Positions 29,842 through 39,983 of a stretch of 64,000 bases of DNA are shown here, piece by piece. Each line of letters opens with the position of its first letter. The first letter of the stretch is position 1. The notes under the pieces are model-generated. The model was not told the DNA's origin. It saw only the letters and a list, made by a program, of their open reading frames with translations, and did not search any database. The translations under genes were made by a program, and so were the position numbers. Source of the DNA: Bacteroidales bacterium (lineage in GTDB: Bacteria > Bacteroidota > Bacteroidia > Bacteroidales > JBBRXJ01); contig JBBRXJ010000001.1 in the NCBI GenBank assembly GCA_038248505.1, positions 81,773-145,772 of the forward strand, read 5' to 3'.

Positions 29842-32139
29842 ATGAAAATGAAAAAACTATTTTGGCTCATTAGTGTTGTTCTGATCTTCACCATGTGCAA
29901 TAAAAAGAACGAAAGCAGTTATTATAAAATAGAAGGAAATCAATTTCGTGAAGGATCTGATCCATATAAAACGAATTTGTATTGGAGTCTGAACAACTCA
30001 CAAATGCAAGGAAAAATTAGAAGCATTAAACCGTTTCCAGTAGGAGTAGTGTATTATCAACAGCGTGGTGATAATATGGATTCGGTAAAAAAAGAATTCA
30101 AAGTACTAAAAGATCTCGGTTTTACTTCACTTAAACAAGTTGTTTTATCAGCACCAGATAATGCACCAGATTTTGAGAAGCAGGTATTTTATGCCGCACT
30201 GGATGCCGGTATTACCCCATGGTATTATGGTGCTGGAGGGTGGGATCGTATTTCTCAACGTCTTGTTGATTCATTAGGAATTAAGTTGGCTGTTAATACT
30301 AAAAATTTGCCAGTGATTGAGTCAGATGAGCGAATGTTGAAATATCAAGATGCGCTTTTGCGTTCTCGTATTGAGCGTATGCACATGAAACCTATTCCTG
30401 GTAAAGGAAAGGGCGAGCCAGGCCGTAATAATGCATTTATGCCTGAACGATTGATACCTGAATTTGCTAAATGGTTAGAGAAACAATATCTTACCATTGA
30501 TGCCTTAAAGGTTGCATGGAATTGTGGTTTCTGTGGCAAATGCGAATTTTCAAATTTTAGTGAAGCAGCAAAATTGCTCGAAGGTCAAGGTTTTGATGAA
30601 TTTGGAAAAGGAACTGGAAAGGTAGATCATGATTTTCGTCGTTATCGCGATGCTATGCGTTTTCAAGCCGATCTTATTGTTGAAAATTATCAAGGGATGA
30701 TGAAAATGTTTAACGATTGGGATTCATTAGAGCCTGAACGTACCGGTGGTCATCAGCTTTTTGAAAATCAAGCAATGAATACATGGGATCTTGAAGGCCA
30801 AGCAAAATCAGCTCGCATAGGCGGATCGTTTTATTCATCTATTCATTTGGCACATCACTTTTTCTTAATTGATGGTGAAATGGTTCGTCCTGCATATTTT
30901 CAAGCTCGCACCATCGCTGACATGTTTAAAGGCGGATGGGCTGCTACATGGGAGTCAACAGGTGGTCCAACGCAGTGGAGTGGTTATGATCAATATACAG
31001 TTGATGAAGGGCGCATGACGCAGCTCATGCTTTCTTATTTAGCAGCGGGTTTAAAGGGAGTAGGATTATGGATGTGGAATTCACGAGGCGAAGGCTGGGA
31101 AGTTGGTGAATATGCATTAGCAGATAATCAAGGGAAACCATCACCACGTGCCATTACTGTTGGAAATATTTCAAAGAAAATTCAGGAACAACGTTTTGAA
31201 TTATGGGACGCACTAGATGAACCCACCGTTGGTATACTCTATTCATGGGAGAATGAAGCCATGCTCGGGCGTTTATCTATGGGCAGTTATCCTTTAAATA
31301 CGGCTGTATTCACAACCATGTGGGATAAGCAATTCCGTCAGTATCATTCGCAAGCTAAAATTGGTATTTCAAGAACACTTGTGGATAATAACGTTCCTTT
31401 TGAATATGTAACAGAGCGCGATTTAACAGCTGGTTTAATAGATCGTTATCCAATTATTTATCTGCCCTTTGTTGTTGCATTAGATGAGGCAGCCATTGAT
31501 ACTTTAATGAGTTTTGTTGAACGAGGAGGGCGTTTAGTTGCTGATTGCCCAGTATTAATGATTGACACCTACGGCCGCTTAAATAAGCAACGTGTAGGTA
31601 GTAAATTTGAAAAATTATTCGGATTTCAAGCAGCCGATTATTATAATACATTCAATGCTACTAAAATTATTGATAATATTCCTATAACAGGTCAATTTGC
31701 TGATGTTAAAATAACACATGGAACTATAACTGCCAAATTTCATGATGGTAGTCCTGCAATTATTTCTTCTAACTATGGAAAGGGTACAACCACGGTATTT
31801 AATTTTGAAGCATCACGAAATGTTTTTAAACAAGGAAATATGAAGATGGAAAAACTCATCAATTATTATACCCTTGGCTCTGTTCGTCCACAGTACAGCG
31901 TGAAACAAGATGGACATTCCTTTGTGCTTCGTCGTTCGGCACCCAATGCCGATCACTATTTTATTATCAATCCATGTGCTAATGGAAAAGTTATCGTTTC
32001 TTCCTCAGTACTAAATTATACAAAAGCACAAGATGTACTCAATACAAAAGATTTGAGTATTTCGGGAAACAGCTTTACAGTATCTGTACCTGCTCGTTCA
32101 GGTGTATGGGTGCGGGTAGAGAAGAAAAAATTAAAATAA
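29842..32139 (+). CDS. GH42-like / clan GH-A glycoside hydrolase (lipoprotein), family uncertain
   Basis: 765 aa. Signal plus Cys (IFTMC). Candidate nucleophile ATWESTGG. GH42-type trimerisation-like domain (YPIIYLPFVVALDEAAIDTLMSFVERGGRLVADCP). Confidence 0.55.
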   Translation: MKMKKLFWLISVVLIFTMCNKKNESSYYKIEGNQFREGSDPYKTNLYWSLNNSQMQGKIRSIKPFPVGVVYYQQRGDNMDSVKKEFKVLKDLGFTSLKQVVLSAPDNAPDFEKQVFYAALDAGITPWYYGAGGWDRISQRLVDSLGIKLAVNTKNLPVIESDERMLKYQDALLRSRIERMHMKPIPGKGKGEPGRNNAFMPERLIPEFAKWLEKQYLTIDALKVAWNCGFCGKCEFSNFSEAAKLLEGQGFDEFGKGTGKVDHDFRRYRDAMRFQADLIVENYQGMMKMFNDWDSLEPERTGGHQLFENQAMNTWDLEGQAKSARIGGSFYSSIHLAHHFFLIDGEMVRPAYFQARTIADMFKGGWAATWESTGGPTQWSGYDQYTVDEGRMTQLMLSYLAAGLKGVGLWMWNSRGEGWEVGEYALADNQGKPSPRAITVGNISKKIQEQRFELWDALDEPTVGILYSWENEAMLGRLSMGSYPLNTAVFTTMWDKQFRQYHSQAKIGISRTLVDNNVPFEYVTERDLTAGLIDRYPIIYLPFVVALDEAAIDTLMSFVERGGRLVADCPVLMIDTYGRLNKQRVGSKFEKLFGFQAADYYNTFNATKIIDNIPITGQFADVKITHGTITAKFHDGSPAIISSNYGKGTTTVFNFEASRNVFKQGNMKMEKLINYYTLGSVRPQYSVKQDGHSFVLRRSAPNADHYFIINPCANGKVIVSSSVLNYTKAQDVLNTKDLSISGNSFTVSVPARSGVWVRVEKKKLK

Positions 32140-32150
32140 ATTTCATAATA

Positions 32151-32185
32151 AAAAGGGGTTATCATTTTTATTGATAACCCCTTTT
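32151..32185. terminator. bidirectional rho-independent terminator
   Basis: AAAAGGGGTTATCA-loop-TGATAACCCCTTTT, flanked by A and T runs, between convergent genes. Confidence 0.75.
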
Positions 32186-32247
32186 TTATTACCTAGAATT
32201 TTATATTGCTTTCGTTTACTTGTATTACAAATAAGCTTAATCGTTTT

Positions 32248-34473
32248 TTATTTTAAATCTTTCAAAAACAATTCGCGTTGAGGAGCCGTGAATTTAGAAT
32301 CTCTTAAAATATAGCCTAGACTAGCTATTCCGCGTGGGTACCAGAATCCAATCCAGCTTGTTTTTGCATCTGAATTTATACCGTCGTTGTATGCATAGTA
32401 ATTGTTAAGATTCCATTTGTATGCATATAATGCTGAGTTTAACGTTGAAATATTGAACCAATATGATGCTACTACATCAACCACCATATTTTTGCTAAAC
32501 CATATACCTTCTTCAGATGATAAGTGTTTAATGCCTCTGTCGGTTTTACATAGTTGATACGCCTTCTCAAAAGTTTGTTTTAAATCAGGTAATATTTCAT
32601 CAATAATAGGAGAGGAGAAACCAGATAAACCAGGAAGAAATAATCCATCACTAATCACAGTGCTATATTGTCCCCATCCATTATAACTCTCATCAAGGGA
32701 TGCTGGGATATAACCATATTTTGCTTGTGCCGCTTTAAGCGTAGCAACTATTTTTTTTGCTTCGGTACGGTATTTCTCAGCTTGTTTTATTCTTAATTTA
32801 TCATTATCGAGTATGCCGTTTTCATATCCAATATCTTTGCCATCCTGTGCATCTTTGATGTCTTTTATTTCTGTTGATTCAGATGCTTTAATGGCTAATA
32901 TCTCAAACATATCAGCTGAGACTAAATATGCCATCATTTGTTTAACTCCTAAAAAAACATTTTCGGGTGATTGTTTTAAAACATCGGCATTATCAAAAGT
33001 ACTCCAGCCCATCCCTTTATCAACAATGCCATTACCATCTGTATCGCGATTCATCAATGAATATAAGATAACATCAAGCATGCCAAGCTGCGATTTAACA
33101 TAAGCATCATCACCCGATATTTTCCAATACCAATAAAGCAATAAAGCATAATTACAATTTTCTTCAGCAGCCATGTGAGGCCCAAAAATGTAGTCAGAGG
33201 AAATTGAAACAAAAGGCATGTCACCCACATCGTGTTCAATAAATGGGCCATATTCAGAGGCGCTCATGCCTTCTTTATGATGTTTCCCATACAAGCCTAT
33301 ACCACGATCAATCTCTTTTCGCGCAAGATAATCCATCCATATCTCAAGTTGAATTTTTAAACGCCAAGGTGCGAATATTGCCATTAATTCTGTTTCATGT
33401 GCCACATCGGTAGTGCTTAAATGCCTGAAGCGCCCTTCGGCAACATAAAAACGCGCATGATTATTATTATCCAATAAAAAGAATGTGTTTGCTACATCTG
33501 ACCGAAAGGTTATAGGAATAATCCATCGTTCTTCATTGCTTATATTACTTCGTGTTATTATATTTTCAAATTTTTCTGAAAGCTTAAGGTTTTCTTTTGC
33601 ATTGGTTCGTGCATAATTTATTACCTGATTCAGATTATTAAAATATTGTGTATAATAGAAGCGGAGCGGAGTGTTGTATTTATTATCTTGTAGTACTTTG
33701 CCTTTGTAACATGCTGCATAAATAAGTGTGTCGTTAACTGTTTTTCCGGAGCTTGCTGTGAATGTAGTTTGTAATCCATTAAAACCAGCAAAGCTAAAAT
33801 GATGATGCATTTTTGAAATGACTGCGAGACTTAGTCGGTCATCAATGGATGAATTGTCGCGGAAGAAAATTTCATTTTGTACTGAATTATAAACCCAAAA
33901 TTTTGCACCTAAGGATGACCCATCATTATGAATCAAATTTTTACGAAGACCTGTTTTGAAAAGACCAGATATCGTTTTTCCTTTGGGAGCAACCAGTTCG
34001 CTTATAATATAAAAAGCTGGTGCTATCTGAACTTTAATATTGGCTGTGTCTTTTAAATCATTTGATGAAGTGAAAGGGGACACAATACTTGCATTAACTT
34101 TTATGCCATGGTCAGTTTCTCCGCTTAAATTTATAGAAGTCATTCCTACACGTACGTTTTGATTTTTAAGGTACTTCATTCCAGCTGGTAAGGCACAGGT
34201 TCTGAAACAATAATTGCCTTCATCAAGTGAAACAGAAATGAGTAATTCCGATTGCTCATCTTGGTCATATCCAAGAGATCCAGTGTGTACGCCGTAGTCG
34301 CGAAAAGCTAATGTTAATGAAAAACGACTACCGAAGCGACTGTTTAATACCGTTAGTTGTGTTTGTTCATTAAGTGCTACCGGTGGTATTTTTTCATCTA
34401 TCTTAATTATTGCATTCGTTTTATTAAATAGAAATAATGTTAGCAGCACAAACAAAAAAATCTTCATACGCAT
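32248..34473 (-). CDS. secreted putative glycoside hydrolase, clan GH-O-like (GH116/GH52-like) by motif
   Basis: 741 aa with signal peptide. AEGRFRHLSTTDVAHETELMAIFAPW resembles the remembered GH116 motif EG.EYRMYNTYDVHFYASFAL..WP. DKGMGWSTFDNA resembles the TYD.W block. The ORF is solid; the family call is tentative. Confidence 0.4.
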   Translation of the reverse strand: MRMKIFLFVLLTLFLFNKTNAIIKIDEKIPPVALNEQTQLTVLNSRFGSRFSLTLAFRDYGVHTGSLGYDQDEQSELLISVSLDEGNYCFRTCALPAGMKYLKNQNVRVGMTSINLSGETDHGIKVNASIVSPFTSSNDLKDTANIKVQIAPAFYIISELVAPKGKTISGLFKTGLRKNLIHNDGSSLGAKFWVYNSVQNEIFFRDNSSIDDRLSLAVISKMHHHFSFAGFNGLQTTFTASSGKTVNDTLIYAACYKGKVLQDNKYNTPLRFYYTQYFNNLNQVINYARTNAKENLKLSEKFENIITRSNISNEERWIIPITFRSDVANTFFLLDNNNHARFYVAEGRFRHLSTTDVAHETELMAIFAPWRLKIQLEIWMDYLARKEIDRGIGLYGKHHKEGMSASEYGPFIEHDVGDMPFVSISSDYIFGPHMAAEENCNYALLLYWYWKISGDDAYVKSQLGMLDVILYSLMNRDTDGNGIVDKGMGWSTFDNADVLKQSPENVFLGVKQMMAYLVSADMFEILAIKASESTEIKDIKDAQDGKDIGYENGILDNDKLRIKQAEKYRTEAKKIVATLKAAQAKYGYIPASLDESYNGWGQYSTVISDGLFLPGLSGFSSPIIDEILPDLKQTFEKAYQLCKTDRGIKHLSSEEGIWFSKNMVVDVVASYWFNISTLNSALYAYKWNLNNYYAYNDGINSDAKTSWIGFWYPRGIASLGYILRDSKFTAPQRELFLKDLK

Positions 34474-34524
34474 CTCTTTATTATATTAAAACTAATTTTA
34501 ATGTTTTTATAAGCTATTATATGT

Positions 34525-35502
34525 TTATCTTATTTTCTTAATTTCTTCAATAGCATGAATCCATCGTGTATCATCCATTTTGGCACCAACAACCTCAATA
34601 ACATTGCCCCCAAGTATGGCACCCATGGCAGCACATTTATCAAGTGGCATATTGTTAAGCAGTCCGTAAATAAAACCAGAGGCATATAAATCGCCGGCTC
34701 CTGTAGTATCAATAGCATTTACCTTAATACTTCCAGCTTTGTAAAGCTTATCTTTTTGACGAATGAGTGAGCCTTCTTTGCCCAATTTTACTACTGCAAT
34801 GTCGCACATTTTAGCAATCTCATCAACCGATTCTTCAGGACTAACACCAGTAAACATTTTGGCTTCTTCTTCATTAGCAAAAACAATATCTACATAATCT
34901 TTTACAATAGTTCGCAGAAATTCTTTGTTAGCCATAACAACATTGAAACTAGCCATATCAATAGATATTTTTACTCCTGCTTCTTTTGCTAATCTCACTG
35001 ATTTTAGTAGTAATTCATGATTCTGAACAAGGTAGCCCTCCACATGAAAAATACTATATCCGGTAAATAAATCGGGCGTAATATCATTTGCAATTAATTC
35101 AACGGCAGCTCCTAAATAGGTAGCAAAGGTTCGCTCACTATCTGGTGTAACAAGCGCCACGGCTCTTCCGGTTGGGGTGCTGCTGAGCGATAATAATGTA
35201 GTAATGCCAGCATCGGTCATGTCTTTTTGAAAAAAGGAAGCCATTGGATCGCGCCCCACCTTTCCAATATACCCAGTTTTTACACCGAGTTTGGCAAGAC
35301 CATGTATGGTATTTGCAGATGATCCACCCGATGCTTGATGACGCGCTAAATCTTTTGTGCGATTTTGAATATCGTTTACTAATTGCATATCGGCTAACTG
35401 CATACTGCCTTTTGCTAGTCCGAATTCATACAAAATCATGTCGTCTTTTAATCGCACTAAAATATCAACAAGTGCATTACCAATAGCTAAAACTTTTTCC
35501 AT
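34525..35502 (-). CDS. PfkB family kinase, adenosine kinase-like
   Basis: 325 aa. GGSSANT and DTTGAGDLYASGF motifs. Lies next to metK and ahcY. Confidence 0.7.
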   Translation of the reverse strand: MEKVLAIGNALVDILVRLKDDMILYEFGLAKGSMQLADMQLVNDIQNRTKDLARHQASGGSSANTIHGLAKLGVKTGYIGKVGRDPMASFFQKDMTDAGITTLLSLSSTPTGRAVALVTPDSERTFATYLGAAVELIANDITPDLFTGYSIFHVEGYLVQNHELLLKSVRLAKEAGVKISIDMASFNVVMANKEFLRTIVKDYVDIVFANEEEAKMFTGVSPEESVDEIAKMCDIAVVKLGKEGSLIRQKDKLYKAGSIKVNAIDTTGAGDLYASGFIYGLLNNMPLDKCAAMGAILGGNVIEVVGAKMDDTRWIHAIEEIKKIR

Positions 35503-35524
35503 TTATATTTTGTTTTTAAAATAA

Positions 35525-35560
35525 AAAATCCCTTCTCCTGAAAACAAGCGAAGGGATTTT
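35525..35560 (-). terminator. rho-independent terminator after metK
   Basis: AAAATCCCTTC / GAAGGGATTTT stem with a T-run on the minus strand, 22 nt after the metK stop. Confidence 0.7.
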
Positions 35561-35582
35561 ATCATATATTATTTTACATTCA

Positions 35583-36827
35583 TTATTTTAGATCAAAGGC
35601 CTTTTTAATTTGATCAACAAAGTCGAGCTTTTCCCATGTGAAGGTCTCGAATGTTTGATCTTTGCCATTTATTTTTACGGTTTTCTTGCCAGGAATACGA
35701 CCCATGTGACCATACGCTGCGGTTTCTTCGAAGATTGGATTGCGAAGTCCTAAGCGTTTGATGAAAGCAGCTGGACGTAAGTCAAAAAGTTGTTTTACTA
35801 CCTCAGCAATTTTATCATCACCACCCACTTTTGAAGTGCCAAAAGTTTTTACGTTAATACTTACAGGCTCAGCAACACCAATGGCGTATGCAACTTGAAC
35901 TTGAGCTTCGTCGGCTACACCAGCAGCAACTAGGTTCTTTGCGATATGGCGAGCAGCATAAGCAGCTGAACGGTCAACCTTTGAAGAATCTTTTCCGGAG
36001 AAAGCACCACCACCATGAGCGCCACGGCCACCATACGTATCAACAATAATCTTACGGCCAGTAAGACCGGTATCTCCATGAGGACCACCAATAACAAATT
36101 TACCTGTTGGGTTAACAAAATATTTTATATCGTTACCGAATAGTTTTTGTATGTCAGCAGAATATGCAGCTTTAACGCGAGGCATTAAAATACTAATTAC
36201 ATCATCATGTATCTTTTTTTGCATGGCTGCTTCAGTATCGAAGTCATCATGTTGAGTTGAAACAACAATGGTATCAATTTTTACAGGCTTGTTATTGTCA
36301 TCATATAATACTGTAACCTGCGATTTTGAGTCAGGAGCAAGATAAGCCATTTGTTTACCTTCACGACGAATTTTGGCAAGTTCTAAAAGAATGATGTGTG
36401 ACATATCAATGGTTAATGGCATTAAGCTTTCGGTTTCGCGACAAGCATAACCAAACATCATACCTTGGTCACCAGCGCCTTGTTCCATTTCGCTTTGGCG
36501 CTCAACACCCTGACGAATGTCGGCTGATTGTTCATGCAAAGCATTTAATATTCCGCATGACTCAGCTTCAAATTTGTAACTTGCTTTAGTATAACCAATG
36601 CGATTGATTACACGACGTGTGATTGCTTGCACGTCAATATTTCCGTCAACGTGCATTTTGTATTCACCACCTACTACAACTAAACCTGTTGTTGCAAAGG
36701 TTTCACAGGCACATTTTGCCGAAGGATCGATGGCTAATACGGCATCGAGTACGCCGTCGGATATTTGATCACACACTTTATCTGGATGACCTTCTGAAAC
36801 AGATTCGGATGTAAATAAGTAAGGCAT
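35583..36827 (-). CDS. metK: S-adenosylmethionine synthetase
   Basis: 414 aa. [26 protein letters not shown] and GGGAFSGKD motifs. Confidence 0.97.
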   Translation of the reverse strand: MPYLFTSESVSEGHPDKVCDQISDGVLDAVLAIDPSAKCACETFATTGLVVVGGEYKMHVDGNIDVQAITRRVINRIGYTKASYKFEAESCGILNALHEQSADIRQGVERQSEMEQGAGDQGMMFGYACRETESLMPLTIDMSHIILLELAKIRREGKQMAYLAPDSKSQVTVLYDDNNKPVKIDTIVVSTQHDDFDTEAAMQKKIHDDVISILMPRVKAAYSADIQKLFGNDIKYFVNPTGKFVIGGPHGDTGLTGRKIIVDTYGGRGAHGGGAFSGKDSSKVDRSAAYAARHIAKNLVAAGVADEAQVQVAYAIGVAEPVSINVKTFGTSKVGGDDKIAEVVKQLFDLRPAAFIKRLGLRNPIFEETAAYGHMGRIPGKKTVKINGKDQTFETFTWEKLDFVDQIKKAFDLK

Positions 36828-36855
36828 ATATAAAAAAGTTAAAAGTTAAAGTATA

Positions 36856-38277
36856 TTAATATCTGTAGTGTTCTGGTTTGTATGGACCATCAATAGGGGT
36901 ACTAATATAATCTGATTGTTCTTTTGTAAGTACGGTAAGTTTTACCCCTAATTGATTGAGATGTAAACGTGCTACTTCTTCGTCGAGTTTTTTCGATAAG
37001 CGATAAACGCCAACTTTGTAGTCGTTTTTCCAGAGATCTAATTGAGCTAGTGTTTGGTTGGTGAATGAATTGCTCATTACAAATGAAGGGTGACCGGTTG
37101 CACAGCCTAGGTTTACCAAACGACCTTCAGCAAGTAAGAATATTGCATGACCGTCAGGGAATACATATTTATCTACTTGTGGTTTAATATTTACCCTTTT
37201 AATTCCAGGAAAGTTAACTAGTTTCTCTACTTGAATTTCACTATCGAAATGACCAATGTTACAAACGATGCTTTGATCTTTCATTTGCTTCATGTGCTCA
37301 ATTGTTATAATGTCGGCATTGCCAGTAGTGGTTACAAAAATGTTACCTTCTTTTACTGCCTCTTCCATAGTGGTTACTTGATATCCTTCCATGGCAGCTT
37401 GTAATGCGCAGATTGGATCTATTTCAGTAACAATTACACGTGCACCATAGGTTGCCATAGAACGAGCTGAACCTTTTCCTACATCGCCATAGCCGCATAT
37501 TACCGCTACTTTACCAGCAATCATAACATCGGTTGCTCGTTTAATACCATCTGCTAATGATTCACGGCAACCATATAAGTTATCGAATTTAGATTTTGTT
37601 ACCGAGTCGTTTACGTTGATGGCTGGGATTAACAAATCACCTTTCTCTAACATCTGATATAAACGATGTACTCCAGTGGTTGTTTCTTCTGAAATACCTT
37701 TCAACTCTTTAACAACTCCATGCCATTTTTGAGGCTCTCTTTTTAATATATCTTTAAGAAGATTTAAAATAATTTCTTCTTCTTTATTTGAAGCCTTGCG
37801 GTCAATGGTTTTTGGATCGTTCTCTGCTTTGAAGCCCCAGTGAATAAAAAGAGTTGCATCGCCCCCATCATCAACAATGAGGTTTGGGCCTTTACCGCCA
37901 GGAAAGGTGAGCGCTTGTTCGGTGCACCACCAGTATTCTTCGAGTGTTTCGCCTTTCCAAGCAAAAACCGGTATGCCTGCTGCTGCAATAGCTGCTGCTG
38001 CATGATCTTGTGTTGAGAAAATATTGCAACTAGCCCAACGTACATCAGCACCAAGTTCTTTTAATGTTTCAATTAATACGGCAGTTTGTATGGTCATGTG
38101 TAATGAGCCCATTACCCGTGCTCCTTTAAGAGGTTTTGCTGCTGAATATTTGTTGCGTATTGACATTAAGCCCGGCATTTCTTTTTCGGCAATCTCAATT
38201 TCTTTGCGACCCCATTCGGCCAAATTAATGTCAGCTACTTTGTATTGCATGCTTTCTGTTTTTGATATTACGTTCAT
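36856..38277 (-). CDS. ahcY: adenosylhomocysteinase
   Basis: 473 aa. Begins [19 protein letters not shown] motif GYGDVGKG. Ends PEHYRY. Confidence 0.97.
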   Translation of the reverse strand: MNVISKTESMQYKVADINLAEWGRKEIEIAEKEMPGLMSIRNKYSAAKPLKGARVMGSLHMTIQTAVLIETLKELGADVRWASCNIFSTQDHAAAAIAAAGIPVFAWKGETLEEYWWCTEQALTFPGGKGPNLIVDDGGDATLFIHWGFKAENDPKTIDRKASNKEEEIILNLLKDILKREPQKWHGVVKELKGISEETTTGVHRLYQMLEKGDLLIPAINVNDSVTKSKFDNLYGCRESLADGIKRATDVMIAGKVAVICGYGDVGKGSARSMATYGARVIVTEIDPICALQAAMEGYQVTTMEEAVKEGNIFVTTTGNADIITIEHMKQMKDQSIVCNIGHFDSEIQVEKLVNFPGIKRVNIKPQVDKYVFPDGHAIFLLAEGRLVNLGCATGHPSFVMSNSFTNQTLAQLDLWKNDYKVGVYRLSKKLDEEVARLHLNQLGVKLTVLTKEQSDYISTPIDGPYKPEHYRY

Positions 38278-38301
38278 ACGATGTTAAAATTTTAAAGATG
38301 A

Positions 38302-38309
38302 CAAAGATA
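38302..38309 (-). promoter_or_regulatory. -7 box TATCTTTG (TAnnTTTG) upstream of ahcY
   Basis: The plus strand reads CAAAGATA, 25 nt upstream of the ahcY ATG. Confidence 0.4.
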
Positions 38310-38617
38310 AATAAAAATGACTAATACCCATAAAATAAGGATGATTGATTATAAATTGTATGATATTAAATTGCTTGTTTGTAATACAAAGGCTGAGAGT
38401 GAGTTGTATAAACTTTTTTAAGATAAATGACTGATGATACGAAATAAATTTCTTTATTTAACGATATTTTGTGTAGTGGACTAAAAAAAAGGGTGTAAAT
38501 TCTATATATCACACAAAAAATCATTTCGGTCCATAAAAAAATATGCCTCATGCCTCAATATTTCTATTCTTATATTACATTATTCTGTTTTTTATAGAGT
38601 AAAGCTCATTTTTATAC

Positions 38618-38625
38618 TAAATTTG
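38618..38625 (+). promoter_or_regulatory. -7 box TAAATTTG upstream of amt
   Basis: Exact TAnnTTTG, 52 nt upstream of the ATG at 38677. Confidence 0.35.
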
Positions 38626-38676
38626 CCACCAAAACTGCAAAAATTGATTGTATAATTCTTTAATTCTTTAAAAATT

Positions 38677-39894
38677 ATGTTCGATACTGGTTTAACTGCC
38701 TTTATGTTGTTAGCAACTAGTTTAGTAATGCTAATGACGCCAGGCTTGGCTTTCTTCTATGGAGGACTTGCCTGTAAGAAGAATATTCTAAATGTTATGA
38801 TACAGAGCTTTGTATCTATGGGGATTACCACTGTACTTTGGTTTCTCTTTGGTTATTCTTTGTGTTTTAGTGGTGGCGAGGGTATGATTATTGGTAACCT
38901 CGATAAAGCATTTTTAAACGGGGTAACGGTACACTCCATCTTTAGTCCCGATAAACGTTTTCCTGAAATTGCTTTTGTGGCTTATCAAATGATGTTTGCC
39001 ATTATTACTCCTGCGCTTTTAACAGGTGCATTTGCTAATCGTATCACTTTTAAGGCATACATTATATTTCTTATAGCATGGCAAATTTTGGTTTATTATC
39101 CTTTTGTACACATGGTTTGGGGTAACGGATGGCTAGCTCAATTAGGAGTTCGCGATTTTGCTGGTGGTATTGTAGTACATATAACTGCTGGTTTTGCCGC
39201 TTTAGCCTCGGTTTTTTATGTAGGCCAACGTAAAGTTAGAAATGAGAAGCCTAATAATATTCCTTTAGTTGCTGTTGGTACATCGTTGTTATGGTTTGGA
39301 TGGTATGGTTTTAATGCTGGTAGCGAGTTACAAATGAATGGTATTACCGCCATTGCATTCCTTAATACCGATATTGCGGCATCGGTTGCAGCGGTTACGT
39401 GGCTAATACTCGATTGGACTGTTGGCCCTAAACGTCCTACCTTTATTGGTTTACTTACGGGTTCGGTTGCTGGTTTAGCTACCATTACTCCAGCTGCCGG
39501 TTATGTGTCGTTGCCAGTTGCTTTTTGCATAGGTATTGCTGCATCGCTTATTTGTTATTGGGCGGTTATGTTTAAGAATCGCCGAGGTTGGGATGATGCC
39601 CTTGATGTGTGGGGTGTGCATGGTATTGGCGGTTTAAGCGGTACTATTTTACTAGGTGTTTTTAGTAATCCGAATATTAACCCAATGGCTGCAAGGGGTC
39701 TTTGGACGGGTGATTCAGCTTTTTTTATTTTAGAACTTTCAGTAGCGCTTGGCTCCGCAGTATTTGCTGTTAGCTTTACTTATTTGATGTTGTATCTCAT
39801 AAATTTTATTACTCGTGTGCGTGTATTGCCTGAAGAGGAGGAGATTGGCCTTGATGCCGTATTTCATGGGGAGATTGCGAGGGATGAGTTCTAA
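38677..39894 (+). CDS. amt: ammonium transporter
   Basis: 405 aa, about 11 TM segments. LMTPGLAFFYGG, DFAGGIVVHITAG and WGVHGIGG motifs. Confidence 0.95.
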   Translation: MFDTGLTAFMLLATSLVMLMTPGLAFFYGGLACKKNILNVMIQSFVSMGITTVLWFLFGYSLCFSGGEGMIIGNLDKAFLNGVTVHSIFSPDKRFPEIAFVAYQMMFAIITPALLTGAFANRITFKAYIIFLIAWQILVYYPFVHMVWGNGWLAQLGVRDFAGGIVVHITAGFAALASVFYVGQRKVRNEKPNNIPLVAVGTSLLWFGWYGFNAGSELQMNGITAIAFLNTDIAASVAAVTWLILDWTVGPKRPTFIGLLTGSVAGLATITPAAGYVSLPVAFCIGIAASLICYWAVMFKNRRGWDDALDVWGVHGIGGLSGTILLGVFSNPNINPMAARGLWTGDSAFFILELSVALGSAVFAVSFTYLMLYLINFITRVRVLPEEEEIGLDAVFHGEIARDEF

Positions 39895-39908
39895 TTTTAT
39901 AGGTAATT

Positions 39909-39943
39909 AAAGTGGTGTGCAACTTAGTGTCGCACACCACTTT
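39909..39943. terminator. bidirectional hairpin terminator
   Basis: AAAGTGGTGTGC-loop-GCACACCACTTT, a 12-bp stem between convergent amt and the deacetylase gene. Confidence 0.7.
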
Positions 39944-39983
39944 ATAAAATAATACACCAAGATTTATTTTAAACGAAATTGTT

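Noticed and set aside
38278-38676. Searched for a SAM-I, SAM-II or SAH riboswitch upstream of ahcY-metK and a glnA-type motif upstream of amt
   Set aside because: The sequence is highly AT-rich with no conserved GC-rich cores or multi-stem junctions. The 61-aa ORF at 38366-38551 also looks non-coding.
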